Under the pieces are notes generated by a model, which was given only the letters and a program-made list of their open reading frames with translations, did no database searches and was not told the origin of the DNA. A DNA stretch of 64,000 nt. It comes from an uncultured virus (IMG/VR IMGVR_UViG_3300034374_009246). Taxonomy: Duplodnaviria > Heunggongvirae > Uroviricota > Caudoviricetes. The position numbers and the translations under genes were made by a program. The stretch is taken from the IMG/VR virus record IMGVR_UViG_3300034374_009246; one strand, written 5' to 3'. The number at the start of each line of letters is the position of its first letter. Within the stretch, counting starts at the first letter, position 1. Positions 19,065 to 29,297 of this stretch are shown here, piece by piece.

Positions 19065-19967
19065 TTAATATGTTTTATTTAAAACAAAAGATTCAGAATA
19101 TATAGAATTTGAAGCACTTGCAGCACCCCATTCAACTTCTAAATCTAATGTTTGTGGTATATCAGAATCAAAATTAACAAGCATTGTTGAAGCATACCCA
19201 TTAAATTTATCAGAAGCATCTGATTCATGAGTAAATCTTATAGCAGAAAGAATAGCCGCATCTCCAGAATTAGGAGCTGTATTTAAACTTCTTATAGTAA
19301 AATACATTTCCATGCTCCAATGTAAATCTGTAATTTGAGGCAATCTAGTATGAGTTATTCCATCTAAAGCTATTTCATCTGCTACAACTCCGTTTATTTT
19401 TAAACGTATATAAAACACTTGGTTATTAGCAGAACTTATATGACCAAATGTTTTTACTTCAAAAGAATCAGCAACTTTAAAACCTCCTGCTGGTACGCTT
19501 AATGTACCGTCTCCTACACCTATAATAGTTGATGGTGTTGTTGTATTTATAACAGTTAAAGAATCTTCAACTTGTGCAAATAAACCATAATTATAAGAGT
19601 TAACTAATTCAGTTACAATAGAACAAAAGAAACCCACAACACTTGTCAAAGCTTCACTAACTGAAGTTCCTGCAACAGCAATTGTTGTATCTCCACAAAT
19701 TAATGATTCAGAAATGACTCCACCACCACCTTGATTACAAAAATAAGTAACTAAAGAATTTAAAGCTTCAGCTAAAGTTACATCTGTTTGAACAACTTCA
19801 TCTTCACCACATAAAATTATATCTCCTCTGTAATAAATACATTTAGAATCAAAATTTTCTGGACACGGGTTACCTGTGCAATCTACACCTTGACCACAAG
19901 GAGATCCTGTAGTCAAAGGTGTATCATTACAGCCGCAAGGTATAGTATGTCCGCAATTTTTATTCAT
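19065..19967 (-). CDS. Cys-rich fibre-like protein with beta-sandwich tip
   Basis: CGHTIPCGCNDTPLTTGSPC; internal repeat ICG..EALxSxVxxFC twice; C-terminal beta-rich domain. Confidence 0.5.
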   Translation of the reverse strand: MNKNCGHTIPCGCNDTPLTTGSPCGQGVDCTGNPCPENFDSKCIYYRGDIILCGEDEVVQTDVTLAEALNSLVTYFCNQGGGGVISESLICGDTTIAVAGTSVSEALTSVVGFFCSIVTELVNSYNYGLFAQVEDSLTVINTTTPSTIIGVGDGTLSVPAGGFKVADSFEVKTFGHISSANNQVFYIRLKINGVVADEIALDGITHTRLPQITDLHWSMEMYFTIRSLNTAPNSGDAAILSAIRFTHESDASDKFNGYASTMLVNFDSDIPQTLDLEVEWGAASASNSIYSESFVLNKTY

Positions 19968-21520
19968 TATGCTGGGTTTTCAGTTATTGTTATTTGACCA
20001 ATTTCACAAGGCTCACAAGGACCACCAGGAACTAAGAAAGTAACAGCAGGACAAGGAGAATATGTGCCTCCGGTTAATTGTAAAAAGAACTGATATGTCT
20101 CATTTTGTGTTAACCCTGTAATAGTACCTGTTTGAGAAGCATATGACGTAGTAACATTTATAGTTTGTTGTTGAATTAAAACAAGACCTGCTTGATCATA
20201 AACATTTAATTCATACGTCAATGGTAAATTGCTAGTAGGTATACTATTAGTTATAACCCAATCTGCAGAACTGTTTGTATTTATAGTTGCAACATTTATT
20301 TGTAATGTTGGGCAAAGACCTTCAGGACCTACTGTTGATACTATTACATTTTGACAAGTTGTTCCTAAAGAAGGTGCTTCAGAACAAGCAGTAGTAGTTA
20401 CTGTTAATTGTAATGAAGGATTAATTCCTGGTGCAGATGCTAAAGGAAATGATAATCCTGCAGGATTACCAACAGCAGCAACAACTAGTTGATTAGAATA
20501 AGTTACTGTACCACCAGCACTATCTGTAATAGTTATAGAAGAACCTCCTGCACAATCTTGATACATTGATGGAATAGTTCCTGAAAAAATTATTTCTATT
20601 GTTGAAGATGTTGTAGCATTTCTTTGTGCTACTGCAGTAATTATTACTGTATCACATCCTGTATCACAACAATTATTATTAAGGTTTACTATTGCAGTTC
20701 TCATATCGCAAATAGTTAACCACATATTTCTAAAACTATCTTCTAAAGTACTAGGTGCAGATTCCCATCCTGTTATAGCATTCATATTAGATGCAGGATT
20801 AGCTAATTGTGGTAATACAGATAAACCTGTACATTGAAAAGCTAAACTTGCATAAATATCTAAAGGTTTACCAACAATATTTACAAAAGTACAATATTGA
20901 TCCATTAATTGTTGTAATGCTACATCTAGTTGAGCTTGTTCTGGTGGTAAATTTATTTCAGAGCAAGGAGTAACTGTTGGAAGTGTTGTTCCCCCACTAC
21001 CTCCTCCAGAACTCCCGCCCTCTAAAGCTTGAATTCTATTTTCATGATTATCTAAAGTAAGATTTATAGTAGCAATTTGTGATACAATTGAGCAAACTTT
21101 ATTACCTATAGCTTGAACATAATCTGTTAATTGCATTGAGGTAACTGTATCTCCTTGAGGATTTGTATAATAAAATACAGAACATATAGGAACTTCACAA
21201 TCAGGACATCCTAAAGTTCCCGTTCCAGGATCAGGCACAGGGGTTACATCACAACAAGTACATACTTTATCTATAAGAAGTTGAATAAGACTTTGAAAGT
21301 CTTTAGGCTCACAAGGAAGAAGGTTTAAACAAGAAAGATCATAGTTAGTAATCTTAAAAGTATCCATTAAAGTACAAAGCTCAGTAGCTAAATTATATAC
21401 TACTGTGCTTATGTTATCTCCTTTACATAAGTTAATACAATCTATATCTGGACCTTGCCAAATAACACAGTTTGATGAAATTGGGTCACACCCATGCTTG
21501 TATATATTAGTAGGTTTCAT
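19967..21520 (-). CDS. Cys-rich fibre/appendage protein
   Basis: SNCVIWQGPDI N-terminal module, coiled coil LDNHENRIQALE, Gly linker, FN3-like end (TITGLTQNETYQF). Confidence 0.55.
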   Translation of the reverse strand: MKPTNIYKHGCDPISSNCVIWQGPDIDCINLCKGDNISTVVYNLATELCTLMDTFKITNYDLSCLNLLPCEPKDFQSLIQLLIDKVCTCCDVTPVPDPGTGTLGCPDCEVPICSVFYYTNPQGDTVTSMQLTDYVQAIGNKVCSIVSQIATINLTLDNHENRIQALEGGSSGGGSGGTTLPTVTPCSEINLPPEQAQLDVALQQLMDQYCTFVNIVGKPLDIYASLAFQCTGLSVLPQLANPASNMNAITGWESAPSTLEDSFRNMWLTICDMRTAIVNLNNNCCDTGCDTVIITAVAQRNATTSSTIEIIFSGTIPSMYQDCAGGSSITITDSAGGTVTYSNQLVVAAVGNPAGLSFPLASAPGINPSLQLTVTTTACSEAPSLGTTCQNVIVSTVGPEGLCPTLQINVATINTNSSADWVITNSIPTSNLPLTYELNVYDQAGLVLIQQQTINVTTSYASQTGTITGLTQNETYQFFLQLTGGTYSPCPAVTFLVPGGPCEPCEIGQITITENPA

Positions 21521-21595
21521 ATTTTAAAATATATTTTTTACAGATATTGACTGCTATTAATAATATAAACATTTTTTTACTCTTTTCCTATTTGT

Positions 21596-22606
21596 TTAAG
21601 GGTCAATTATTTCTAATGGAAACTCTATAGTAACACCAACTGCTTCATAAGGAGCACACATATCAAAATTATTAAGTATAACTATATTACCTAAACCAAT
21701 AGATACAGTTACATATTCTCCTGTTTCACAATTAGTATATCCAAAAGTTATATCTTTTCCTACACCAGTAACAATAACTTTTTTACAGCAGTTAGGTTCA
21801 GCGGCATTATTGCAACATAATTCTCCTTTAACTATTTCACTAACATCAATATAATTTCCTGCAGCATGTTGCTCTTCTGTTTGACAAAGTACAAAAGCAC
21901 TTGGAGGATTTAAAGTTTTACTAATTGAATCTCCGTTACAATTAACTGTGCTAATACTAGATATGATACCTGATTCAACATCATTATAATTATAAAAAGT
22001 ATAAAAATAACAATTACAAGAAATAGGATTAGAATAAGAAGAATCAGTAACTGCAGCAAAATCAATCAATTCATTTTTAATTATCCACTTATTACTGTCT
22101 ACAGTACAGCAAAAATCTATACCATATCTTTTACTAGCCATTTCTTGATATAATATCTCAGACCAATTACATTTTGTTTTATCATAAACATCTGGTCTAC
22201 AAGCTGGAGTATTATATCCGGGATAAACACTTCTTTGTGTAAAATCAGTTACTACAACAGGTGTTTGAGGCAAACACTCTTCACATGTATCAAAACAATC
22301 TATTGTTGGAATGTCTATAAAATCACAAGGTAAAGCAACACATCTTCCTTCTGTAACATATCCGCATCTAGTTATTGTTTCATCAAAAGGATCTTGGAAT
22401 TTTAATATTCTACCAACAAATAAATTCCATAATGCTGCATTAGCTCCTGCTTGTTCTGAAGTACAAATTACATATTCAGGATCTTCACAATCTACTACTT
22501 GCCAGCATATTTCTGTACATATAGGACAGGAATCAAAAGACTCTATTATATCTGCTACTGAAAATATTGGGGCTTCATTACACCCTACGGTAGATGGAAT
22601 ATTCAT
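21596..22606 (-). CDS. Cys-rich structural protein
   Basis: Dense CxxC/CC motifs within the structural operon. Confidence 0.45.
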   Translation of the reverse strand: MNIPSTVGCNEAPIFSVADIIESFDSCPICTEICWQVVDCEDPEYVICTSEQAGANAALWNLFVGRILKFQDPFDETITRCGYVTEGRCVALPCDFIDIPTIDCFDTCEECLPQTPVVVTDFTQRSVYPGYNTPACRPDVYDKTKCNWSEILYQEMASKRYGIDFCCTVDSNKWIIKNELIDFAAVTDSSYSNPISCNCYFYTFYNYNDVESGIISSISTVNCNGDSISKTLNPPSAFVLCQTEEQHAAGNYIDVSEIVKGELCCNNAAEPNCCKKVIVTGVGKDITFGYTNCETGEYVTVSIGLGNIVILNNFDMCAPYEAVGVTIEFPLEIIDP

Positions 22607-22616
22607 GATTTATATT

Positions 22617-24569
22617 TTATATACAGACTTCTAAACAATTTTCATTAGTATCTGGAATTTGTACTACTTGTAATGAACCATCAGAGAACCACAAGTTTTG
22701 ACAAGCTTCATAAGACACTTTTAGATAATAAGTAATAGGTACAGCATAAACTGTTACATTTGTTGGATCAGGTACTAATGATGATAAAGTTTGATCTGTA
22801 TACCACTCATAAACAAAAAGTGAAAAATAAGGATGTGTAGGACTTGCCAGAAGTGTATTATATTGAGTTAAGTCTATAGTGTTACCTTGACATACACATA
22901 TTTGCGCTATACTATCTCCTACTCTAGGATTAGTACAATTTTCAGCGCATTCTAAAGGATTTGTCCATACTAGATTTAAAACAACTTCTGCAGGTGTATT
23001 GCATCCTTCTTGATATATTAATACATATAATGTTTCAATAGGTCCTTCATAATCTACAGGATATGGAGGCATCCAACTTACAGTATTACCTGTCCATGAA
23101 GTAGTATGTGCAGAATCTATATAAAACTCATAAGTATAAGTTCCTGTATTTAAAACTAAATCAGATAAAATAGTATCTATTTCAAAAGGTAAATTTGAAC
23201 ACACCTCGTACGTATACTGTTCAACTACTCCTGGAGGAACACAACCTGATTGGATTTCTTCGCAAGACCAGCATTTTTCTGGAGCATACTCAAAAGTATG
23301 TATTAAATCTGTATTTAAAGGTGCTGTTGGAGGAGCACCCCATTTAAAATAAATTATTTCTGTTTCATCATTACAATTAGTACATTTATAACAAGGATTG
23401 CAATCATCACAAGTTAATCTTTCTTGTACAGGACAGTAATAACATATATTTTCTGTTTCACTACAAGGGTTTTCAAAACCTATAACTTCATAACATTTAC
23501 CATCAATTAAAGGAGGTAATTCACATGCTAAATCTGTTAGCTCAAATGTCCAAACACTTCCTACAGTTAAAACTTGTATTTGAGATGTACATTCGGCATT
23601 TATCTTAATTATAAACTCATCTTCTGATTCACAGTCTTTTACTCTATAGCAACATTCTTCAGGAACTGCTGTTAATGTTCTTACACAATCAGGTGTGCCA
23701 TCACAAGAGTTTAATTCATAAGGATCAGTTGGATCATCAGGACAAGACCACTCACCAGGATTATTAGGATCAGGAACATTTTTTCCAACCATATCTAAAG
23801 TTGAAAAAAGCAAATAAGGTTCTATATCTCCTGGTACATTACCACAAGTAGGAACAGTAGCATTATCAGGATCTAAAAGAGTTGTTATAAATCCATTATA
23901 TGTTATATCATATATCTCAGCTCCAAAAGAAGCATCGCTTGATATATTAGTTCCGCATAATGTAATTATATGTTGGCCTGGTGGTAAATCAATAGGAAAA
24001 ACATGCCAGTAATTAAAAGGTCTTGTTTGAGCATTATTAGCCGCAGTAATATCTACAAATAGAACACCATTTATAGAAAATTTAACTGAATTATCTCCAG
24101 CAATACCAATACATTTTTGTGTATTCTCTCCTTCTTCTATTGTTACACAAAATTCAAAACAAAGCTCTTGACCATCAGGAATACCTGGCGCCCAAACACC
24201 AACTGTATTTAATCTACCACCAAAAGTTGGAGAACCTGTTGGATCACAACCAGGAGTCATTGTTCCCCACAAACTGTTTCTTACAGTACTGTGTATTGGA
24301 ATAGGATTCAATAAATTATCTACAAGTGTAAAAGTAGTATTATTAGTACCTATTCTTGTAATAGGTATTTGACTAGCACCTATAGGAGCATAAAGCCTTA
24401 CACCACCAATACTATAACCAGCATTTACAACAGCTTTATCAACACTTAATAAAGTACCTGAATATAAAGCAGGAACTGTTTCTACTAAAACACATTCTTC
24501 TAACTGTGGGTCCCAAGTATAACCATCTGGACAATTATTACATGGATTTCCGTAATTTATTTCGGCCAT
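22617..24569 (-). CDS. Cys-rich adhesin-like structural protein (possible PA14-like and Ig-like domains)
   Basis: GDNSVKFSINGV..LPPGQHIITL resembles PA14-type sandwiches; C-terminal repeats (VCQGNTIDL..YEWYTD..TYYLKV) are Ig-like. Confidence 0.45.
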   Translation of the reverse strand: MAEINYGNPCNNCPDGYTWDPQLEECVLVETVPALYSGTLLSVDKAVVNAGYSIGGVRLYAPIGASQIPITRIGTNNTTFTLVDNLLNPIPIHSTVRNSLWGTMTPGCDPTGSPTFGGRLNTVGVWAPGIPDGQELCFEFCVTIEEGENTQKCIGIAGDNSVKFSINGVLFVDITAANNAQTRPFNYWHVFPIDLPPGQHIITLCGTNISSDASFGAEIYDITYNGFITTLLDPDNATVPTCGNVPGDIEPYLLFSTLDMVGKNVPDPNNPGEWSCPDDPTDPYELNSCDGTPDCVRTLTAVPEECCYRVKDCESEDEFIIKINAECTSQIQVLTVGSVWTFELTDLACELPPLIDGKCYEVIGFENPCSETENICYYCPVQERLTCDDCNPCYKCTNCNDETEIIYFKWGAPPTAPLNTDLIHTFEYAPEKCWSCEEIQSGCVPPGVVEQYTYEVCSNLPFEIDTILSDLVLNTGTYTYEFYIDSAHTTSWTGNTVSWMPPYPVDYEGPIETLYVLIYQEGCNTPAEVVLNLVWTNPLECAENCTNPRVGDSIAQICVCQGNTIDLTQYNTLLASPTHPYFSLFVYEWYTDQTLSSLVPDPTNVTVYAVPITYYLKVSYEACQNLWFSDGSLQVVQIPDTNENCLEVCI

Positions 24570-24574
24570 TTACA

Positions 24575-24763
24575 TTATTTTTTAATATATGTAGTGACTT
24601 TAATGTCACTTACAGCTGGTGTATCTGTTGTTTTAGTTATAGTAACAGATTCTTTTTGAATAACACTTGTTACACAACTTGCACAACAAGATGTTCCTTT
24701 AGGACTTGTTCTTTTTTGACATCCGCATCCTAATTTTTTTCCGCAATTATTACATACAGCCAT
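24575..24763 (-). CDS. Small Cys-rich probable metal-binding protein
   Basis: CNNCGKKLGCGCQKR..SCCASC. Confidence 0.55.
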   Translation of the reverse strand: MAVCNNCGKKLGCGCQKRTSPKGTSCCASCVTSVIQKESVTITKTTDTPAVSDIKVTTYIKK

Positions 24764-24775
24764 ATTTGTTGGTTT

Positions 24776-25330
24776 TTAATGACAGCTTTTACATTCAAAT
24801 TTATCTAAAAGTTTTTTTGCATAACTAAACAGTTCCATGCCTTTTTGAGGTTCATGGCAAGTTTCTACTTTAGCTTTTGCCGCTTCCAAATAAGATTTGA
24901 TTAAAGCTAATGAATCTAATTTTTTTCTTATTTCATCTGTAGGATCACAAGCTGCTACATCAATATCACAAAGAATTTCTTGATATCTTACAAGAGCTTT
25001 GGTAATCCTTAAATGGTTATACTCTACGTATACCACATCATTTGGACTAACACTATATTTTATAACGTATATACCATCAGGTATGTCATTATATTGTGTA
25101 GCGCAATTAGCTGTTTGAATCTCTAAATCACAAGCAGTAAAGTTTTTAATAAATCCTGTTGTAATATCAGGTGTAGTAAACTGTACAGGATGAGTAAATC
25201 CTGGCAAAGTTATTTCCAATATTGGACAATCTACAGCCATATTAGGATCATAAACACTTGTATCTACTAGACGTAAGATAAAAGTATTTAAAGTATCAGG
25301 AGCTTCTACGCTTAATTTGTGTTGTGCCAT
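24776..25330 (-). CDS. Conserved structural protein (tail hub-like)
   Basis: LVDTSVY..LEITLPGF..IPDGIYVIKYSVSP, then a helical C-terminus; resembles crAss tail-hub proteins. Confidence 0.5.
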   Translation of the reverse strand: MAQHKLSVEAPDTLNTFILRLVDTSVYDPNMAVDCPILEITLPGFTHPVQFTTPDITTGFIKNFTACDLEIQTANCATQYNDIPDGIYVIKYSVSPNDVVYVEYNHLRITKALVRYQEILCDIDVAACDPTDEIRKKLDSLALIKSYLEAAKAKVETCHEPQKGMELFSYAKKLLDKFECKSCH

Positions 25331-25342
25331 GTTAATTAAAAT

Positions 25343-25374
25343 TAAAAAAGGGAGGGAGTATAAACTCCACTCCC
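25343..25374 (-). terminator. Intrinsic terminator after the 470-aa gene
   Basis: GGGAG-GGAGT ATAA ACTCC-A-CTCCC hairpin with an A run on the left (U tract on the minus strand). Confidence 0.6.
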
Positions 25375-25407
25375 ATTAATCTAAATACAAATTATATGCT
25401 AAAACTA

Positions 25408-26820
25408 TTATAGTATTTGTGGATAAGATGAATCAGTATAATCAAGATCTTCACATTCAGCTTCTCCGTTCTCAACTGTAATTGTAGCACAATTATTACC
25501 GCAATTATTTAACCAGCCTTGAATTTGAAGAAGGAAAGCATCGTATGCTTTATTTCCATTGTCTCCTATAAGATCAATAATAAGTTCACCGTTTACATAA
25601 GAACTTGGGAATGCAACTTCAACAAGATATTGATCATTGTCAAATGTTCCGCTTGGATTATTAAATCTTGGTACTGAGTGTAATAAATATGCTTTATGAT
25701 AAAGTCTATTTCTATCTACAATATCAATCATACCTGTTCCTTGCGTAATCTCTCTGATTCTTAAATCAGTAGATAAGAAGTTTTGCAAGTAAGATTCAGA
25801 AATAATAATTTCTCTAAGAACAGTTTCTCCTAAAGTATCTGCCATTTTACCTTGACAATATCTAGTTACACAAGTTCCTTCAAATTCACATGGATCACCA
25901 TTAAGATCTACTTCAGAAGCAAAAATTTGTAGTGGGTTTTTACCATAGAAATCAGAAGGTTGGAAAGTACAATCTCCAAACTTAGTATCTTCGTAAGCAC
26001 CTTTAAGAAGAAGACCTGCTTGGTTACCACCATCTGAAGGCCAAGTTGTTGGGCTTGCAAGATAATCAGAAATTAAAAGAGAACCAGGTAAACCATCAGC
26101 AGTTGCTTGTTCAGCAGTTGCATAAAATGCTTGTGATACACCACCTACTGTAATAAGTAGAATAGGCATTACAAAGTCTTTAAGATATGGGCTATCAGCA
26201 ATAGCTTGTCCCCATTTTGCATAAACAATACCTGCATCTACATTAGTAGGTGTTGCAGGATCATCACAACAACCTGTATAAGCATCTACTGTATGATAAA
26301 TATTATGGTGAGCAAATCTTAAAGGAGCTGTTCCTTTAATATCAAGTCTCAAATAATAAGTTTCATTACAAAGAAAATCTTTTTGACAATCTGCTGTATC
26401 ATTTGGAGAGTCTACAGGAGCTGCACCAATTAAAGTTTGAGATTGAAAACCAGGTTGAGCAGTAACATTCCAAAACTTAGAAACATATTTTGGATTGATA
26501 ACTTTTGATTTACTACTTTCTAAGTAACCTCCATGCATTGCTTGCATGTCTTTTGTTTTAAGAGAAGACCCTGCAATAATAATTTTGCAACAATTCATTT
26601 GATCAACAGCACTGTATGAAAGATACGTATCAGCATCAAAAATACCTAAAATACCAGGTTTAGCAAGTGTTGATCCAGGTTCTGAAAGTTGATAAGTATT
26701 TACCCCAGCTGTAACAATAAGTCCTCCTGTAGTATTAGGTTCTTCTGGAGTATTTGAACCTGATATATTTGTACCAGTACAAATATAAGATTTGCGAAAA
26801 GCGTGATTAAAATAAGCCAT
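25408..26820 (-). CDS. Virion structural protein (auxiliary capsid-like)
   Basis: 470 aa, downstream of the capsid cluster with its own promoter motif and terminator, which suggests an abundant product. Confidence 0.45.
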   Translation of the reverse strand: MAYFNHAFRKSYICTGTNISGSNTPEEPNTTGGLIVTAGVNTYQLSEPGSTLAKPGILGIFDADTYLSYSAVDQMNCCKIIIAGSSLKTKDMQAMHGGYLESSKSKVINPKYVSKFWNVTAQPGFQSQTLIGAAPVDSPNDTADCQKDFLCNETYYLRLDIKGTAPLRFAHHNIYHTVDAYTGCCDDPATPTNVDAGIVYAKWGQAIADSPYLKDFVMPILLITVGGVSQAFYATAEQATADGLPGSLLISDYLASPTTWPSDGGNQAGLLLKGAYEDTKFGDCTFQPSDFYGKNPLQIFASEVDLNGDPCEFEGTCVTRYCQGKMADTLGETVLREIIISESYLQNFLSTDLRIREITQGTGMIDIVDRNRLYHKAYLLHSVPRFNNPSGTFDNDQYLVEVAFPSSYVNGELIIDLIGDNGNKAYDAFLLQIQGWLNNCGNNCATITVENGEAECEDLDYTDSSYPQIL

Positions 26821-26904
26821 TTTCTAAAAATTTTATAAATAAACAAATAAATAAATATACTATAATATACAAAAATTATCAGAGACAACAACAGATAACA
26901 TAAC

Positions 26905-27366
26905 TTATTTTAAGAATAGCAACTTATACTTAGTTGCATTAAATAACGTTTTTATCATATCTATGTCATTGACAATTTCACTATAAGGCATAACATTTTG
27001 TATTTCAGTAAGATAATCATACTTCATACGTATATAACTTATAGCTTCTTCCACAGTCTGAAAGTTTAAACTTTGAGATAGTGGATAATTTAAAATAGTT
27101 TCTGCAGCTCCTTGATAACTCTCAGCAACTGTGTCTACTAATCCAGGCAATGCATCATATAACTCATTTAAAGCTTTATGTTGTGCAAAAGAACCAGGTC
27201 CAGTAACTTTTAAATGTAACCTATGAAAAGCAGGTGCAGCATCTAACATATCTGAAATACAATCTGCTAACTTATCATCTAAAGAAACCATTTGTTGACT
27301 AGGTTGTCTAAAGATAGATGGTTGTGATACAGATACAGCTCCTGTTTTAAGCATTCTTTGTTTCAT
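26905..27366 (-). CDS. Ferritin/Dps-like protein (DUF5856-like)
   Basis: HRLHLKVTGPGSFAQHKALNELYD..DTVAESYQG..YKLLFL ferroxidase-like pattern. Confidence 0.75.
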   Translation of the reverse strand: MKQRMLKTGAVSVSQPSIFRQPSQQMVSLDDKLADCISDMLDAAPAFHRLHLKVTGPGSFAQHKALNELYDALPGLVDTVAESYQGAAETILNYPLSQSLNFQTVEEAISYIRMKYDYLTEIQNVMPYSEIVNDIDMIKTLFNATKYKLLFLK

Positions 27367-27368
27367 AA

Positions 27369-28073
27369 TTAATTATTACCTTCAACTTCTTGCGTAGCAA
27401 TCTGTTGTATATTAAATGATTCAATATCTCCAGCTAAAATTTTAACAGCTTCATCAATAAGCAACTCAATAATATCATCTTTAAATTCACATTCTACATT
27501 TGCTGTTGATACTAATTGAGTATAAGGATCAGAACATCCTAAAATCTGTATTCTTCTAGGTTGTCTATAGTAATAAAGTTTTCCTGTTTCAACAGAAAAT
27601 TCATTATTTGTATAAACCCTTATTGTATTATTTTGAAGAGTGCAGAAAGTTTCAGCCCATAAAAAACTAGGTTGTTTATTTTTATCCCTTAGTAATTCAT
27701 CTACGTTACCTTGTTCTGCTAGATAAACAACCATTTTTCTTGGTTCATCACAACATTCATCTGTAGCATCTACGGTAATTCTTTTCCATTCAAAATAATT
27801 ATCAGGCAAAGCGGGAACTTCTACAAACAAATCTTTGTTATTAAAATTAACAGTCAGTTCTGTAAGTAAGACTTGCATGTCATCAATCCTTCTTTTAGAC
27901 TGTTCATCACCTTCTTGTTTAGTGTTTATTCCATGCAGTTGTCTTCTAGACCAAGTTACTTGACCTTTATTAAATGCTTCAACTATTTGCCAACATTCAA
28001 TATTATCATAATCTTGACTAGCTAATTTATTTAGCCTTTGCTGTATTTTTATTTGAATAGTAGCGTTATCCAT
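27369..28073 (-). CDS. crAss-like ring/neck structural protein
   Basis: IVEAFNKGQ..EQSKRRIDDMQVL..LPDNY..YYRQP..IIELLIDEAV pattern; two genes downstream of the capsid gene. Confidence 0.6.
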   Translation of the reverse strand: MDNATIQIKIQQRLNKLASQDYDNIECWQIVEAFNKGQVTWSRRQLHGINTKQEGDEQSKRRIDDMQVLLTELTVNFNNKDLFVEVPALPDNYFEWKRITVDATDECCDEPRKMVVYLAEQGNVDELLRDKNKQPSFLWAETFCTLQNNTIRVYTNNEFSVETGKLYYYRQPRRIQILGCSDPYTQLVSTANVECEFKDDIIELLIDEAVKILAGDIESFNIQQIATQEVEGNN

Positions 28074-28079
28074 TTATCA

Positions 28080-29213
28080 TTAAGAATTCCAAAGTGATTC
28101 AACTTCACCTAAAAGTTTTACTAATAAATCTTCATTCAAAGGATTCTTTAAAAACTCAACTACGTCAGCTACATTTCTTCCTAATAAAGCTGATGATTTA
28201 GTATGATATAACATACCGTCTGGTTTTAAACTAATCATTCTAAAGAATGAAGCATCTTTAACTAAAGCTTTTAGTTTTACGGTTTCCATATCTAAAGAGC
28301 AAGTATCTATAAATCTTTGAGCAGATACTTTAGGTTTTTCTCCACTATTACCTGCAATATACTCATCACACGCCTCATATAAAATATCAATTGGCGTATG
28401 TGTTTTATATGTAGAACTGTTTGCATCTACTACTTTAGTAACATAAAGAAGTTTTTTAGGATTCTTACTATAAAGCTCATCAAGATGTCTAATAGCTCTG
28501 TTACGTAATTTTTTGTAAATAGTTTTAGTAGATACTGTTTGTGTTTCTTTATCTAAATAAAATTTTGGTGGTTTTGCTTTTGCTTGAGCATCTTCATAGC
28601 TTTTTGCAATAAGATCAAACCCTCCAGCTTCAATTGCCATTAATTTAATAAGATCATACGGATCTTTTAAAGGACTGAGATGAACGGGTTCATTACCAAC
28701 TTTCATAGTTATTTTTTCCCAAAATTTAATGTTTTCTGGTCTAAGTAAAGTTACCTTGTTCCAAAAGTCTGCGTCATCAATATTAAGCACATTAGTAGCT
28801 AATCTTTGTTCTAAATCAGCTACAACAATTCTAATATTCTTAATGATTGCTTTTTTTTGTGAAGTATCAGGAATATTCTGTACTTCTGTTGCAAATTCAT
28901 CAAGACCTGTAATATATCTAACAACTCCATTTCTTTCTATAGCAGCTAACTGCTCTTCATGAGTAACTCCAGGAAAAACAACCATTCTATAATCTTCAAG
29001 ACCCATATTTTCTGAATTAGGATCTATGTAAGGTTTAATTTGTATTTTTCCTACTTTAGATAAGATATCTTTTATAGTCACTTTCTTTTTTTCAATTGGT
29101 TCTAGGACATCCAATGTTTCAGGAATTTCTACTGTGACAGTTGATGCTTCAGGTAATCCAGTTACTTTAACTGTTTCTCCAGCAACGTTTTCTGTTTTTT
29201 TACGTCTTGGCAT
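28080..29213 (-). CDS. Conserved capsid-cluster protein of unknown function
   Basis: Immediately downstream of the capsid gene; RYITGLDE..FW..LG..VVEFLKNPLN pattern seen in crAss-like genomes. Confidence 0.55.
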   Translation of the reverse strand: MPRRKKTENVAGETVKVTGLPEASTVTVEIPETLDVLEPIEKKKVTIKDILSKVGKIQIKPYIDPNSENMGLEDYRMVVFPGVTHEEQLAAIERNGVVRYITGLDEFATEVQNIPDTSQKKAIIKNIRIVVADLEQRLATNVLNIDDADFWNKVTLLRPENIKFWEKITMKVGNEPVHLSPLKDPYDLIKLMAIEAGGFDLIAKSYEDAQAKAKPPKFYLDKETQTVSTKTIYKKLRNRAIRHLDELYSKNPKKLLYVTKVVDANSSTYKTHTPIDILYEACDEYIAGNSGEKPKVSAQRFIDTCSLDMETVKLKALVKDASFFRMISLKPDGMLYHTKSSALLGRNVADVVEFLKNPLNEDLLVKLLGEVESLWNS

Positions 29214-29249
29214 TTTAAAATTGTTTTAAGTTGGTTTATTATTCTGACT

Positions 29250-29281
29250 AAAAAAAGGGAAGGCTTTTAAACCCTCCCTTT
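29250..29281 (-). terminator. Intrinsic terminator after the major capsid gene
   Basis: AAAGGGA-AGG..CCC-TCCCTTT hairpin with an A run to the left. Confidence 0.55.
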
Positions 29282-29297
29282 ATAGTATGAGTACGTG

